Assembly (NCBI GenBank): GCA_050251535.1
Contig: JBFWMO010000003.1
Coordinates: 9,768 to 73,767 of the forward strand
Source of the DNA: Acidithiobacillus sp.
Lineage (GTDB): Bacteria > Pseudomonadota > Gammaproteobacteria > Acidithiobacillales > Acidithiobacillaceae
DNA length: 64,000 nt
Direction: 5' to 3'
Shown in pieces: positions 53,974 through 63,852 of the stretch (position 1 is its first letter; each line of letters begins with the position of its first letter). The notes beneath the pieces are model-generated. The model did not search any database, was not told the DNA's origin, and saw nothing but the letters and a program-made list of their open reading frames with translations. Position numbers and translations under genes: made by a program.

Positions 53974-55866
53974 TCACGACGTGGCGATTTTGGGCTGTGG
54001 GTGTTCATCCAGGGATTGCAGGCTGGCGAAATGGCGATACACGGTAGAGTTGTGTAGCAGATTTGCGTGGTCGCCAATCGCCGTGATGCGCCCGGCTTCC
54101 AGCACTACGATACGGTCGGCATCACGAATGGTTGCCAGACGATGCGCGGCAACCAGGGTGGTGCGACCGCGAATCAGTTCGGCCAAAGCTTCCTGTATCA
54201 GACGCTCATTTTCAGCATCGAGGGCGCTGGTGGCCTCGTCCAGAATCAGAATGCGCGGATTGCGGAGCAGGGCACGAGCAATGGCAATGCGTTGCCGTTG
54301 TCCGCCCGACAGCGTGATTCCCTTCTCGCCGACATGGGTGTGCATGCCCTCGGGCAAACGTTCGACAAACTCGTCGACGCGTGCAGCCCGCATGGCGGCC
54401 TGCAAGGCAGAAGCCGGGGCGCCAGGTTGGGCGAGTCGGATATTATCAGCGACGCTGAGCGAGAAAATGGCCGGGTGTTGGGGAACGATCGCAATTTGCT
54501 GGCGCAGATCGTGTACGCGCATTTGGCTGATATCTTGGCCATCGAGTAGTATCTGTCCTTGCGTTGGCGCGTAATGGCGCAGTAATAGGTCGAAAAACGT
54601 GCTTTTACCGGCCCCGGAGGCGCCAACCAGCGCCAGATGTTCGCCTGCCTCGATGATCAGGTCGATATTTTCAAGGGTGGCGATATCACTGCGGCTGGGA
54701 TAAGAAAAATATACTTGGGCAAAACGCAGGCTGGCAGCCGAGGGCGATGCCGTCACAGGACTTTCTGTCGCCCTTTGCGCTGGCGACTCCTCCGGTTCCT
54801 GCTCCAGGAGTGCGAGCAGGCGCTCGATGGCACCGAGTAGCCGTCCCAATTGTCCCCACAAGCTGCCTAGGGAAGACAGGGCGGAGGTGGCAAACATGGC
54901 GTAGATCAGGAAGGCGGTGAGCCCACCGATACTGCCGCGATGATGCAGAATTCGCCAGCCGCCCAGATAGAGCATGCCCGCCAAAAGGAGAAAAATGAGA
55001 AACCCACTCAGCAAGGATGCTCCCGCCTGTACCTTGATACGAGCACGTACCTGTTGCAAAACGCCTTGAATACCTGCCCGATAGGTATCCTTGGCGGCAT
55101 TTTCGCGCGTCAATGCCTGCACTGTGCGGATGGCATTGATGCTTTCCTCGGTGTGAGACGAGAGATCCGCAAGGTAGTCCTGCTCCAGGCGACTATATTT
55201 GCGTTGCAAGCGTCCAGAACGCAGATTGACCCAGACGAGTGGCGGCACCACGATGACCACCGGCAGGACGAGGATGGGGGCGGTAACCAACATCATGATC
55301 AAAGAGCCGATCAACGTCAGCCCGTGCTGTAAAGCCCCGCCCAGTACCCCGGCCAGGCCAAAGCGCAGGATGGTGACGTCACTGCTCAGCCGCGAAATCA
55401 CCTCGCCGGTGCGGAACTTCTCGTAAAACAGGGCGGGCAGATGCACCGCATGGGCAAAAACCCGTTCCCGCAGATCGGCAACCACCTTTTGCCCGATCCA
55501 GGTTGCCAGCGCCTCGCGTGCGGCACGGGCGGCAGTGGTGAAGATGCCGAGCAGCAACAGGGCCAGGCTGGCCAGGAGCAAAACCCGGGCGTTGTCAAAG
55601 CCGTGATCGAGAAGGTATCGTGCCCCCTGGGGCAGAACAAGGGTACCTGCCGCACTCAACAACAAGGCGATGGCGTAGAGAATCAATAACCAGACTCGTG
55701 GACGCAGGAAAGGCAGTAGCGCAAAGAGTGCATGCCAGTTTTTGCTAGTTGGGCGCTGCCACGGATTGCCGGCCATTCTTGCTCCTGCAGGTAATGGAAT
55801 GGGCATGATAGCCAATTTGCCAGGTCCTTGCCGCCTTGTGGAACCGCTGGGCTTGGTTACGGTCAA
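53974..55866 (-). CDS. ABC exporter, fused permease-ATPase (MsbA-like); start uncertain
   Basis: Six TM helices, Walker A GASGAGKST, signature LSGGQRQR, and Walker B ILILDEATS. Confidence 0.9.
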   Translation of the reverse strand: MTVTKPSGSTRRQGPGKLAIMPIPLPAGARMAGNPWQRPTSKNWHALFALLPFLRPRVWLLILYAIALLLSAAGTLVLPQGARYLLDHGFDNARVLLLASLALLLLGIFTTAARAAREALATWIGQKVVADLRERVFAHAVHLPALFYEKFRTGEVISRLSSDVTILRFGLAGVLGGALQHGLTLIGSLIMMLVTAPILVLPVVIVVPPLVWVNLRSGRLQRKYSRLEQDYLADLSSHTEESINAIRTVQALTRENAAKDTYRAGIQGVLQQVRARIKVQAGASLLSGFLIFLLLAGMLYLGGWRILHHRGSIGGLTAFLIYAMFATSALSSLGSLWGQLGRLLGAIERLLALLEQEPEESPAQRATESPVTASPSAASLRFAQVYFSYPSRSDIATLENIDLIIEAGEHLALVGASGAGKSTFFDLLLRHYAPTQGQILLDGQDISQMRVHDLRQQIAIVPQHPAIFSLSVADNIRLAQPGAPASALQAAMRAARVDEFVERLPEGMHTHVGEKGITLSGGQRQRIAIARALLRNPRILILDEATSALDAENERLIQEALAELIRGRTTLVAAHRLATIRDADRIVVLEAGRITAIGDHANLLHNSTVYRHFASLQSLDEHPQPKIATS

Positions 55867-55898
55867 AGCCGTAGGTTTTGTGAGAGTGGAGGTTTTTC

Positions 55899-56462
55899 AT
55901 GCAGAAACATACTTCAAGGGCCATCAAGGCCGCACTCGCTGTGGGTTTGGCCGGTACTTTGTTGGCAAGTGGCCTGGCCGTTGCCGCACCCTACATGCTG
56001 GTGGATGGTAAAACGGTTCCGGTGCATGTAGAACAAAAAACCATGCACGTTCCCGGCGGCGTCATTCATATTGAAAGCATCAGCTATGGCAGCGGACCGC
56101 AGGCGCAGGTAGCCTTTCACTCCCTGAATGCCGCCCAGGCAGAAGCGTTGATGCAGCAGAATGCCTTGCAGATGCGGCAAATACAGGTCGCCATGGAGCA
56201 ACAGATGGCGATGATGAACCAAATGATGCGGGCCGCCTTTGCCATGCCCGGGCTGCCAATGGTGCAAGCGCCTGTACCAGTGCTTTTCCCGTTGCTCGGT
56301 ATCCCGTCGGCTCCGACAGGGGTGGCGCCGGCGCCGTCTCCCAAAGCCCAGCAGGTACAGCCGTCTGGCGTTGCGCCGTGGCAGCAGGGCATGTACCAGG
56401 TTCATTGGCAAACACTTTCGACGGAGCAGGGCAAAAGCAGCAATCCCAAGATTCCGCTCTGA
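55899..56462 (+). CDS. secreted Met/Gln-rich protein
   Basis: Has a signal peptide. The central segment is QQNALQMRQIQVAMEQQMAMMNQMMRAAFAMPGLPM. Confidence 0.6.
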   Translation: MQKHTSRAIKAALAVGLAGTLLASGLAVAAPYMLVDGKTVPVHVEQKTMHVPGGVIHIESISYGSGPQAQVAFHSLNAAQAEALMQQNALQMRQIQVAMEQQMAMMNQMMRAAFAMPGLPMVQAPVPVLFPLLGIPSAPTGVAPAPSPKAQQVQPSGVAPWQQGMYQVHWQTLSTEQGKSSNPKIPL

Positions 56463-56490
56463 CCTGCATTTAGCGATCTGTGTTGATTGC

Positions 56491-56517
56491 AAAACGGCGC
56501 CCGTAAGGCGCCGTTTT
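56491..56517. terminator. bidirectional rho-independent terminator
   Basis: AAAA, then CGGCGCC-GTAA-GGCGCCG, then TTTTT. It lies between convergent genes. Confidence 0.75.
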
Positions 56518-56535
56518 TGCTTGCGTGGTTGCTGA

Positions 56536-57276
56536 CTAGTGGCGAACCACCTTGTCTACGCGGGCCTGATCCCGAGGTTTGATGACCAGACGATCGATGT
56601 TCACATGCTCGGGCAGAGACACTACCCAACGAATGGCCTCAGCAATGTCTTCCGCCACCAGCGGGGTCATGCCTTCGTATACGGCCTTGGCCGCTTTCGC
56701 GTCGCCAGCAAAGCGCACCAGGGAAAATTCCGTCTCTACCAGTCCAGGATCAATCTCGGTGACGCGAATTGGCTGTCCCAACCATTCCAGGCGCATGGTT
56801 TCGCTGATGGCCCGTACCGCATGTTTGCAAGCGGTGTACCCGGCACCTCCCGCATAGGTTTCCTCGCCAGCCACCGAGCCGATGTTGATGACCGTGGCAG
56901 CAGGGGACTGCTGTAGCCGTGGCCAGAGAGCGCGAGTAACCCGAGCCAGCCCAAGAACATTGCTCTGATACATCTGCAGCCAATGTTCCTCGTCGAACTC
57001 CACCAGCGTTTCCTTTCCGAGGGCGCCACCGGCATTGTTCACCAGTACATCGACCGGGATATCGATCTGCGCGGCAAAAGCAGCGACAGACGCGCTGGAG
57101 GTGACATCCAGCTCCAGAGGCATTCCACCATATTCGCGGGCGATTTTTTCCAGGCGCTCGCGCCGCCGCGCCGCCAGAATCACGTGATAGCCAGCTGCAC
57201 TGAGCACTTGAACAGTGGCAGCGCCAATGCCGGAGGAGGCGCCGGTCACTACAGCGGTCTTTTGTCGTTCGTTCAT
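56536..57276 (-). CDS. short-chain dehydrogenase/reductase (YdfG-like)
   Basis: Contains TGASSGIGAA, NNAG, and a YxxxK (YTACKHAV). Confidence 0.9.
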   Translation of the reverse strand: MNERQKTAVVTGASSGIGAATVQVLSAAGYHVILAARRRERLEKIAREYGGMPLELDVTSSASVAAFAAQIDIPVDVLVNNAGGALGKETLVEFDEEHWLQMYQSNVLGLARVTRALWPRLQQSPAATVINIGSVAGEETYAGGAGYTACKHAVRAISETMRLEWLGQPIRVTEIDPGLVETEFSLVRFAGDAKAAKAVYEGMTPLVAEDIAEAIRWVVSLPEHVNIDRLVIKPRDQARVDKVVRH

Positions 57277-57463
57277 GGATACTCCTTATAGATTTTCGGT
57301 GGGTCGGTGGCGGCCCCGGCAACAAAGTGGGGCCCTGACTCAACGCTAATTAGTGTAGCACAGGACAGAGAGCGGTTCTTTGCGTCGTAGTTTAGGATCT
57401 GCAGATTTTTCTGCCAGGCCTGGAATGGGCTACCATGCGCGCTTTCGTTTTGAAGCCTCTGCC

Positions 57464-58075
57464 ATGCATTTTTCCTTGTTTTTGGACATCTTCAATTTCA
57501 TCGGCATTTTCGTCTTTGCCGTGAGTGGCGCTATGCGCGGCGTTCGCGCCGGTCTGGATATTTTTGGGATTGTGGTATTGGCCGTGGTTACGGCGGTGTC
57601 CGGAGGAATCGTGCGGGATGTCCTGATCGGCGCGATTCCGCCGCAATCTATCCGTGACTGGCACGGCATCGCCTTGGCGGTAGTGGCGGGCTTGTTGGTG
57701 TTTTTCTTTCATCGGCTGTTTGAACGCATGCAATATCCGGTCTTGCTGTTTGATGCCGCGGGTCTGGGGTTGTTTGCCGTTACTGGAACGCAAAAGGCGC
57801 TGGACTATGGGTTGGCGCCGGAGATGGCGGCCGTACTGGGCATGATCAGCGGCATCGGCGGTGGCATGGTGCGCGACGTGCTGACGGCACAAGTCCCCGT
57901 CGTCTTGCGCGGTGATATCTATGCGTCGGCCGCACTGCTCGGTGCCATCCTGCTGCTCGGCGGTGACTGGCTGCAGCTTCCGGCGTGGCTCAGTCTTCTG
58001 CTTGGGGCTTCCTGTACCTTTGTTCTGCGTACGCTCAGCATCTATCGCCACTGGACCCTGCCACATCCTCGCTAG
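57464..58075 (+). CDS. trimeric intracellular cation channel family protein (UPF0126/YadS-like)
   Basis: Two repeats of the Gly-rich motif (FAVSGAMRG and FAVTGTQKA). About 7 TM helices. Confidence 0.75.
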   Translation: MHFSLFLDIFNFIGIFVFAVSGAMRGVRAGLDIFGIVVLAVVTAVSGGIVRDVLIGAIPPQSIRDWHGIALAVVAGLLVFFFHRLFERMQYPVLLFDAAGLGLFAVTGTQKALDYGLAPEMAAVLGMISGIGGGMVRDVLTAQVPVVLRGDIYASAALLGAILLLGGDWLQLPAWLSLLLGASCTFVLRTLSIYRHWTLPHPR

Positions 58076-58107
58076 ATTTTTGCCAGAGCGCTTGCATTCC
58101 TCGTGAA

Positions 58108-58127
58108 TACTGTATAAAAATACAGTT
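58108..58127 (+). promoter_or_regulatory. SOS box (LexA operator)
   Basis: TACTGTATAAAAATACAGTT, that is CTGT-N8-ACAG, lies 15 nt upstream of lexA. Confidence 0.9.
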
Positions 58128-58141
58128 ACTGGTTACGGAGG

Positions 58142-58756
58142 ATGCTTGTGGAAGCTCTGACACATCGGCAACAGCAAATTTTGCAATGGATTCAAGAGCA
58201 AATTGCCAAGCATGGCCTGCCCCCTACACGGGCCGAGCTACAGGAGGCCTTTCACTTCCGTTCCCCCAACGCTGCTGAAAGTCATGTGCGTACCTTGGCC
58301 CGCAAGGGATATCTGGTCTTGCAGGAGGGCCGGGCGCGCGGCATTCGTCTGGTCAGCGAGCTGATCGAAGAAAGCGGCTTGCCCCTCATTGGCCGGGTAC
58401 CCGCAGGTGCCCCGATTCTGGCCGAGGGCCAGCAGGAAGGGCGTTTGCCTATCGATCCACAACTCTTTCCGGGCGCGGACTATCTTCTGCGCGTACAAGG
58501 AATGAGTATGCGCGATGCGGGCATCCTTGATGGCGATATTCTTGCTGTGCAGCAATGCAGTGAAGCACACAATGGGCAAGTGGTGGTGGCTCGTGTGGAT
58601 GGTGAAGTTACCGTCAAGCGCTGGCGTAAGGATGGACACCAGGTATTTTTATTGCCGGAAAATCCGGATTTTTCTCCCATAGAAGTCGATTTGCGTAAGC
58701 AGGATCTCCGCCTGGAAGGATTGGTGGTGGGATTGCTTCGTTTAGGAGGTCTGTGA
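58142..58756 (+). CDS. lexA: LexA repressor
   Basis: N-terminal wHTH (LTHRQQQILQWI). Ala-Gly cleavage-site context (VPAGAP). Catalytic GMSM and VTVKR. Confidence 0.95.
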   Translation: MLVEALTHRQQQILQWIQEQIAKHGLPPTRAELQEAFHFRSPNAAESHVRTLARKGYLVLQEGRARGIRLVSELIEESGLPLIGRVPAGAPILAEGQQEGRLPIDPQLFPGADYLLRVQGMSMRDAGILDGDILAVQQCSEAHNGQVVVARVDGEVTVKRWRKDGHQVFLLPENPDFSPIEVDLRKQDLRLEGLVVGLLRLGGL

Positions 58757-59385
58757 TGAAAACTGCTGTCGAAGAACTGTTAGCCCGTCATCCACAGCGT
58801 TTGTGGCGCGCCGAAGCCGGAAAGCCTGGGCGTCAGAAGCATCTGCAAGATCCCGGGCACAGCGAAGTGCGCGATTTGCTGGGTGGCTGGCCTCGCAGGG
58901 CCATTACCGAAATCCATAGTCAGGTAGAAGGTATCGGTGAACTCCGCCTGCTTCTGCCCACCATCGCTGCCTTGAGCCAGCAAGAAAAACGTTGGGTACT
59001 CTGGTGTCTACCGCCGTATATTCCGTACGCGCCAGCCCTGGCGGCGGCAGGCGTACACTTGGAGCGAATGCTGGTAATCCATCCACGCCAGCGTCAGGAT
59101 CAGCTATGGACGCTGGAGTCGGCTCTGCGATCGGGTACCTGCAGCGCTGTACTGGCTTGGCCACCGGCGTTGGAGGAAGCAGCCCAACGGCGTCTGCAAC
59201 TCGCTGCGGAGACCGGCAACAGCATGGGTTTTTTCTTTTATCGGGATGTCGTGAGCCAGCGTAGTCCGGCTGCCTTGCGCCTGCGACTGCAGCCCGCTGG
59301 TGAGCACACGCGGGTACAGGTGGAAAAGCGTCGCGGTGCTACGGTACCAGCAGTGGCCAATCTGGAATTGCCTCTGGCGATCTAA
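58753..59385 (+). CDS. imuA: ImuA (SulA/RecA-like translesion synthesis accessory protein)
   Basis: It sits between lexA and imuB and has a start/stop overlap. Its size is typical of ImuA. Confidence 0.75.
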   Translation: MMKTAVEELLARHPQRLWRAEAGKPGRQKHLQDPGHSEVRDLLGGWPRRAITEIHSQVEGIGELRLLLPTIAALSQQEKRWVLWCLPPYIPYAPALAAAGVHLERMLVIHPRQRQDQLWTLESALRSGTCSAVLAWPPALEEAAQRRLQLAAETGNSMGFFFYRDVVSQRSPAALRLRLQPAGEHTRVQVEKRRGATVPAVANLELPLAI

Positions 59386-59396
59386 GAGGATGCCTC

Positions 59397-60806
59397 ATGG
59401 CAGAGCAATGGCTCGCGGTGATTTTTCCCGCCCTGGCTGCGGAGTTGTGGAATCTTGACGGTACTCTGCCTGGTGTCTGGATCGCCGAGACCCGGCAGCG
59501 GGTATGGCAGATGGATGCTGGGGCGGCAAACCAGGGTATTCAGATCGGCATGAGCGCTGCCCAGGCGCGTGCTCTGGCGCCGCAACTGCAGGTTATGCAG
59601 CGGGATGCAGAGCGCGAGTTCAATCTTCTCGACCGTTGCGCGCAACTGCTGTATGCCTGGGGACCGCAGGTGGTAGCCCTGCAGGAATGGCCGCACGCAT
59701 TGGCCGTCGAGCTGCAAGGCAACTCGCGTTGGCGGGCAAGGCCCCAATCGCTGCTCCAGGCTATTCGTGAATTTGCTGGAGAACGGTTGCGGGTTCGTTT
59801 GGGCCTAGCACCCACGTCCCTGGCAGCGGCATTGTTGGCTTGGCAGGGAGAGGATGGGGAATTGTGTCACTGGCCCGCAGACCGCTCTTTTACAGAGTGC
59901 TGGCAGGAGATCCCCTTGAAACTTCTCCCCGCAAACAACATGCTGCACGTCCGCTGGGAAAGTCTGGGTCTTTATAGTTGCGGCGATTGGCTGCGCCTCG
60001 ATCGGCGGGAGCGGGCGCTGCGTTTTGGGCCGGAATGGGAGAGCTTTTTGGACCGCCTGCGCGGAATAAGAGCAGACCCGCGTAGCCCTTGGCCCCTGCA
60101 GGAAGAGTTTGCGGTCGCCTTTCCTCTGCTGCAGGAAGTCTCTGATTGGCAAGGCTTACGCTTTCCCCTGCGGCGTGCCTTTCAAGAATTGCGTCTACGC
60201 TTGCGTCATCGGGCCAGCACGCGCTGGGAGCTTCTCTTGCAGGGGAGGGATGTACAATATCGTCAGTTGTTGCACAGTCGTGATCCTCTGACCAGTGCGG
60301 AGCTCTTTCTGCAGCTTTGGCGGGAGCGTCTGCAACGACATCCTTGGGGTTTTGCTGCTCGGCACCTGCAGCTGCGTGCCATGGATACGGAGAACTGGGC
60401 AGGAGAGCAGGGCGCGTTCTGGGAGCAGAATCTGCTGCGGGAGCAAGGGCAATTGCTGGATCGTTTGCGCGCCCGCCTGGGGGTGGATAGCATTTATCGT
60501 GTACGGCCCCGTGCGGATCATCGTCCGGAATACGCGTGGCATTCCGTCGTGCCGGAAGATTCAGAGACGAACACTGCTCTTCCCGATCTTCGCCCGCGCC
60601 CTCTGTGGTTGTTACCTGAGCCCATCCCGGTTTCTGTGCTGCATGAGCCAGAAACTACCGAACTGGAGCGGATCGAGGGTGGTTGGTGGGATGGTCACGA
60701 CGTCAGTCGGGATTATTTCCGTTGGCGACGGAGCGATGGGGCGGAGTGCTGGGTTTTCCGCGATCGCCGCTCTGCTAGATATTTTCTGCATGGATACTTT
60801 GCCTGA
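59397..60806 (+). CDS. imuB: ImuB (Y-family polymerase-like)
   Basis: It lies immediately upstream of dnaE2 and overlaps it. The N-terminus is Y-family-like. Confidence 0.8.
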   Translation: MAEQWLAVIFPALAAELWNLDGTLPGVWIAETRQRVWQMDAGAANQGIQIGMSAAQARALAPQLQVMQRDAEREFNLLDRCAQLLYAWGPQVVALQEWPHALAVELQGNSRWRARPQSLLQAIREFAGERLRVRLGLAPTSLAAALLAWQGEDGELCHWPADRSFTECWQEIPLKLLPANNMLHVRWESLGLYSCGDWLRLDRRERALRFGPEWESFLDRLRGIRADPRSPWPLQEEFAVAFPLLQEVSDWQGLRFPLRRAFQELRLRLRHRASTRWELLLQGRDVQYRQLLHSRDPLTSAELFLQLWRERLQRHPWGFAARHLQLRAMDTENWAGEQGAFWEQNLLREQGQLLDRLRARLGVDSIYRVRPRADHRPEYAWHSVVPEDSETNTALPDLRPRPLWLLPEPIPVSVLHEPETTELERIEGGWWDGHDVSRDYFRWRRSDGAECWVFRDRRSARYFLHGYFA

Positions 60807-63800
60807 TCCTGCCTACGCTGAGCTCTATTGCCTAAGTAATCTGAGTTTTCTGCAGGCAACGGCAAATATCGAAGATCTGCTCGATCGCGCAAAGGCACTG
60901 GGCTATGCGGCACTCGCCATTACCGAAGAATGCTCTCTGTATAGCGCGCCGCGCGCCCATGTTCATGCCCAGACAATCGCCTTTCCTTTGCTGATTGGTT
61001 GTACCCTGCAACTGGAAGAGGGATTGCGTCTCGTCTTGCTGGTAGAGGACCGGGTAGGATATGCGGCGCTGGCGCAGTTGATCAGCCTTGCCCGCAGCCG
61101 GGCGGAGAAGGGGGGATACCGCATCTTCCTTGCCGATCTGCTACCTTTGTCTGGACTCTTGGCGATTCTCCTGCCGGAGTATCGCAACGCGCCCGCAGAA
61201 GACCACTTGGTAACGGAGCTACGTGCTACCTGGGGTGGCGCGCGGCTGTGCTTTGGACTTTCGTTACGCTATAGCGGCGATCAACAACGGCAGCTGACGG
61301 CTCTGCGCCACTGGCAGCAGCACTTCCAGCTTCCCGCGGTCGCCTGTACCGGCGCGCGCATGGCGCGGCGTTCCGAGCGCTTTTTATTGGATGTCCTTAC
61401 GGCCATCCGTTTGCGCAAGCCGATCTCTGCGGTAGGCTGGGATCTGCCCAGAAATGGCGAGCAGCACTTGCGCACACGCCAGCAACTGGCGCAGCTCTAT
61501 CCAGCAGAACTGCTGGCAGAAAGCGTCCATATTGCACAGCGCTGTCGATTTTCTCTGCAGGAACTGCGCTACCACTATCCGCAAGGATCCTGCCCGGCTT
61601 CACAAAGCTCACAGAAATATCTGCAACAAGAAGCAGAAAAAGGTCTGCTGCGACGCTATCCTCATGGCGCGCCAGAGGCGGTCCGGCAGCAATTGCGGGA
61701 AGAATTGCGCATTGTCGCCGAGCTGGGCTACGCCAATTACTTTCTGACGGTATACGAGATTGTCAGTTTTGCCAGGGAGCGCGACATTCTCTGCCAAGGA
61801 CGTGGATCGGCAGCCAATTCCGTACTTTGTTATGCCCTGGGCATCACCGAGGTGGATCCGGCACGTGCGCATCTGCTCTTTTCCCGGTTTTTATCCCGCG
61901 AACGGGGAGAGCCACCGGATATCGATATCGACTTTGAACACGAGCGGCGGGAGGAGGTCATCCAATACGTCTTTCGTCGCTACGGTCGCCGGCACGCCGC
62001 CTTGACTGCCAGTATCATCCATTATCGCCCGCGCAGCGCCATGCGGGATGCGGCTCGTGCCCTCGCTTTCTCCGCCAGCGAGCAGGATCAACTTTGTCAG
62101 CAATTGGCGTGGTGGGATGGTCGCCGGGTGCTTCCCGAACGTCTGCAAGAGGCCGGCTTCGATCCGCAACATCCCGCCGTGCAACGCCTCATTATTGTAG
62201 TCAATGCCTTGGTAGGGATGCCGCGCCATCTTTCGCAGCATGTGGGGGGGGTGGTCCTTTCCGAGACGCCGCTCGATGCCCTGGTCCCTATCGAGCCTGC
62301 CCGGATGCCGGAACGTACGGTGTTGCAGTGGGATAAAAACGATCTGGATCTGCTCGGCATATTGAAGGTGGATCTGCTTGCTTTGGGAATGCTGAGTGTG
62401 TTGCGTCGCGCCTTGGCGGATTTGCACATGCGGCTCGCCGACCTTCCCGCAGAAGATCCACAAGTCTATGCCATGCTGCAGCGCGGCGAGAGCCTGGGGG
62501 TCTTTCAGGTAGAATCGCGAGCGCAGATGGGGATGCTACCCCGATTGAAGCCCCACTGCTTTTACGATCTGGTGATTGAAGTCGCCATCATCCGTCCCGG
62601 TCCCATTCAGGGAGGGATGGTACATCCCTATCTGCGTCGTCGGGCGGGTCAGGAGGCAGTATCGTATCCCGGCCCCGAGGTCCAGAAGGTTCTGGAGCGC
62701 ACCTTGGGGGTACCGATCTTTCAAGAGCAGGTGATGCAGATCGCCATGGAAGCGGCCGGCTTTGATGGCGATGCGGCCGACGGTCTGCGCCGCGCCATGG
62801 CTGCCTGGCGGCGCAAGGGGAATCTAGGACCATATCAGCAACGTCTCTTGGAGGGTCTGGCGGCCCGCGGCTATGCAGAAGATTTTGCCCAGCAGCTCTG
62901 TGAGCAGATTCGTGGCTTTGCCGAATATGGCTTTCCCGAATCCCATGCCGCAAGCTTTGCGCTACTGGTTTATGCCTCGGCATGGATCAAATGCCATCAT
63001 CCGGCGGTATTCACTGCTGCTCTGCTTAACAGCCAGCCGATGGGTTTTTATGCGCCAGCACAGATCATCGAAGAAGCAAAGCGTCAGGGCGTGCAGGTAT
63101 TGCCTGTGGATATCCGTCGCAGTCATTGGGAAAGCCGGGCCCGCGGCCGGCGTGTGCGTCTGGGGTTGCATCAAGTCAAGGGACTGCTGCGTAGCGATGT
63201 CGAGCGCTGCCTTGTCTGGCGTGAGGCAGATGGCAATCTCGATCCTGGGACCTTATTTCAAGACGCCGGAGTTGGACGGCAAAGCTTGGAAAAGCTGGCA
63301 CGTGCTGGCGCCTTCGATGCCTTGCTCGGACATCGGCGTGAGGCACTGTGGCAAATCCTGGCGCTATGCAAGAATACGGCGCTAGCGCTACCCGTAGCTT
63401 CCAAACAACCTTCTACGCTGCCGCCACCATCTGCGCAAAGTCTTTGTCGCGACGATTATCAACAGTTGGGCTTGAGCCTGGGTCCCCATCCGTTGTCTTT
63501 TTTACGGCCACAGTTGGAACGGGAAGGTTACCGTAGCATTGTGCAGTCTCTGCGCCGGCCTTCGGGTACAAAGGTGCGCGTCGCCGGCTTGGTGACCCAT
63601 CGCCAGCGCCCCAGCACTGCGCACGGTACGGTGTTCCTGACCATTGTCGATGAGTCGGGCAGTGCCAACCTCATCGTCTGGCCACAGCGGGTGGAGGAGT
63701 GGCGGCGTCCGGTGTTGCACGGCAGGCTCCTGGCAGTGCGGGGGCGTCTCGAAAAGAACGGCCCCTATGTTCATAACATCATTGTCGAAGAAATACAGGA

Positions 63801-63852
63801 TTATTCTACGCGCCTTTCTGATCTGCGTGCGGCCTCACGGGATTTTCAGTAA
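60790..63852 (+). CDS. dnaE2: error-prone DNA polymerase DnaE2 (ImuC)
   Basis: Internal ATG in ORF 60295..63852. PHP domain start AELYCLSNLSFLQ. Pol III alpha core DIDIDFEH...GMLSVL...FQVESR. Confidence 0.95.
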   Translation: MDTLPDPAYAELYCLSNLSFLQATANIEDLLDRAKALGYAALAITEECSLYSAPRAHVHAQTIAFPLLIGCTLQLEEGLRLVLLVEDRVGYAALAQLISLARSRAEKGGYRIFLADLLPLSGLLAILLPEYRNAPAEDHLVTELRATWGGARLCFGLSLRYSGDQQRQLTALRHWQQHFQLPAVACTGARMARRSERFLLDVLTAIRLRKPISAVGWDLPRNGEQHLRTRQQLAQLYPAELLAESVHIAQRCRFSLQELRYHYPQGSCPASQSSQKYLQQEAEKGLLRRYPHGAPEAVRQQLREELRIVAELGYANYFLTVYEIVSFARERDILCQGRGSAANSVLCYALGITEVDPARAHLLFSRFLSRERGEPPDIDIDFEHERREEVIQYVFRRYGRRHAALTASIIHYRPRSAMRDAARALAFSASEQDQLCQQLAWWDGRRVLPERLQEAGFDPQHPAVQRLIIVVNALVGMPRHLSQHVGGVVLSETPLDALVPIEPARMPERTVLQWDKNDLDLLGILKVDLLALGMLSVLRRALADLHMRLADLPAEDPQVYAMLQRGESLGVFQVESRAQMGMLPRLKPHCFYDLVIEVAIIRPGPIQGGMVHPYLRRRAGQEAVSYPGPEVQKVLERTLGVPIFQEQVMQIAMEAAGFDGDAADGLRRAMAAWRRKGNLGPYQQRLLEGLAARGYAEDFAQQLCEQIRGFAEYGFPESHAASFALLVYASAWIKCHHPAVFTAALLNSQPMGFYAPAQIIEEAKRQGVQVLPVDIRRSHWESRARGRRVRLGLHQVKGLLRSDVERCLVWREADGNLDPGTLFQDAGVGRQSLEKLARAGAFDALLGHRREALWQILALCKNTALALPVASKQPSTLPPPSAQSLCRDDYQQLGLSLGPHPLSFLRPQLEREGYRSIVQSLRRPSGTKVRVAGLVTHRQRPSTAHGTVFLTIVDESGSANLIVWPQRVEEWRRPVLHGRLLAVRGRLEKNGPYVHNIIVEEIQDYSTRLSDLRAASRDFQ

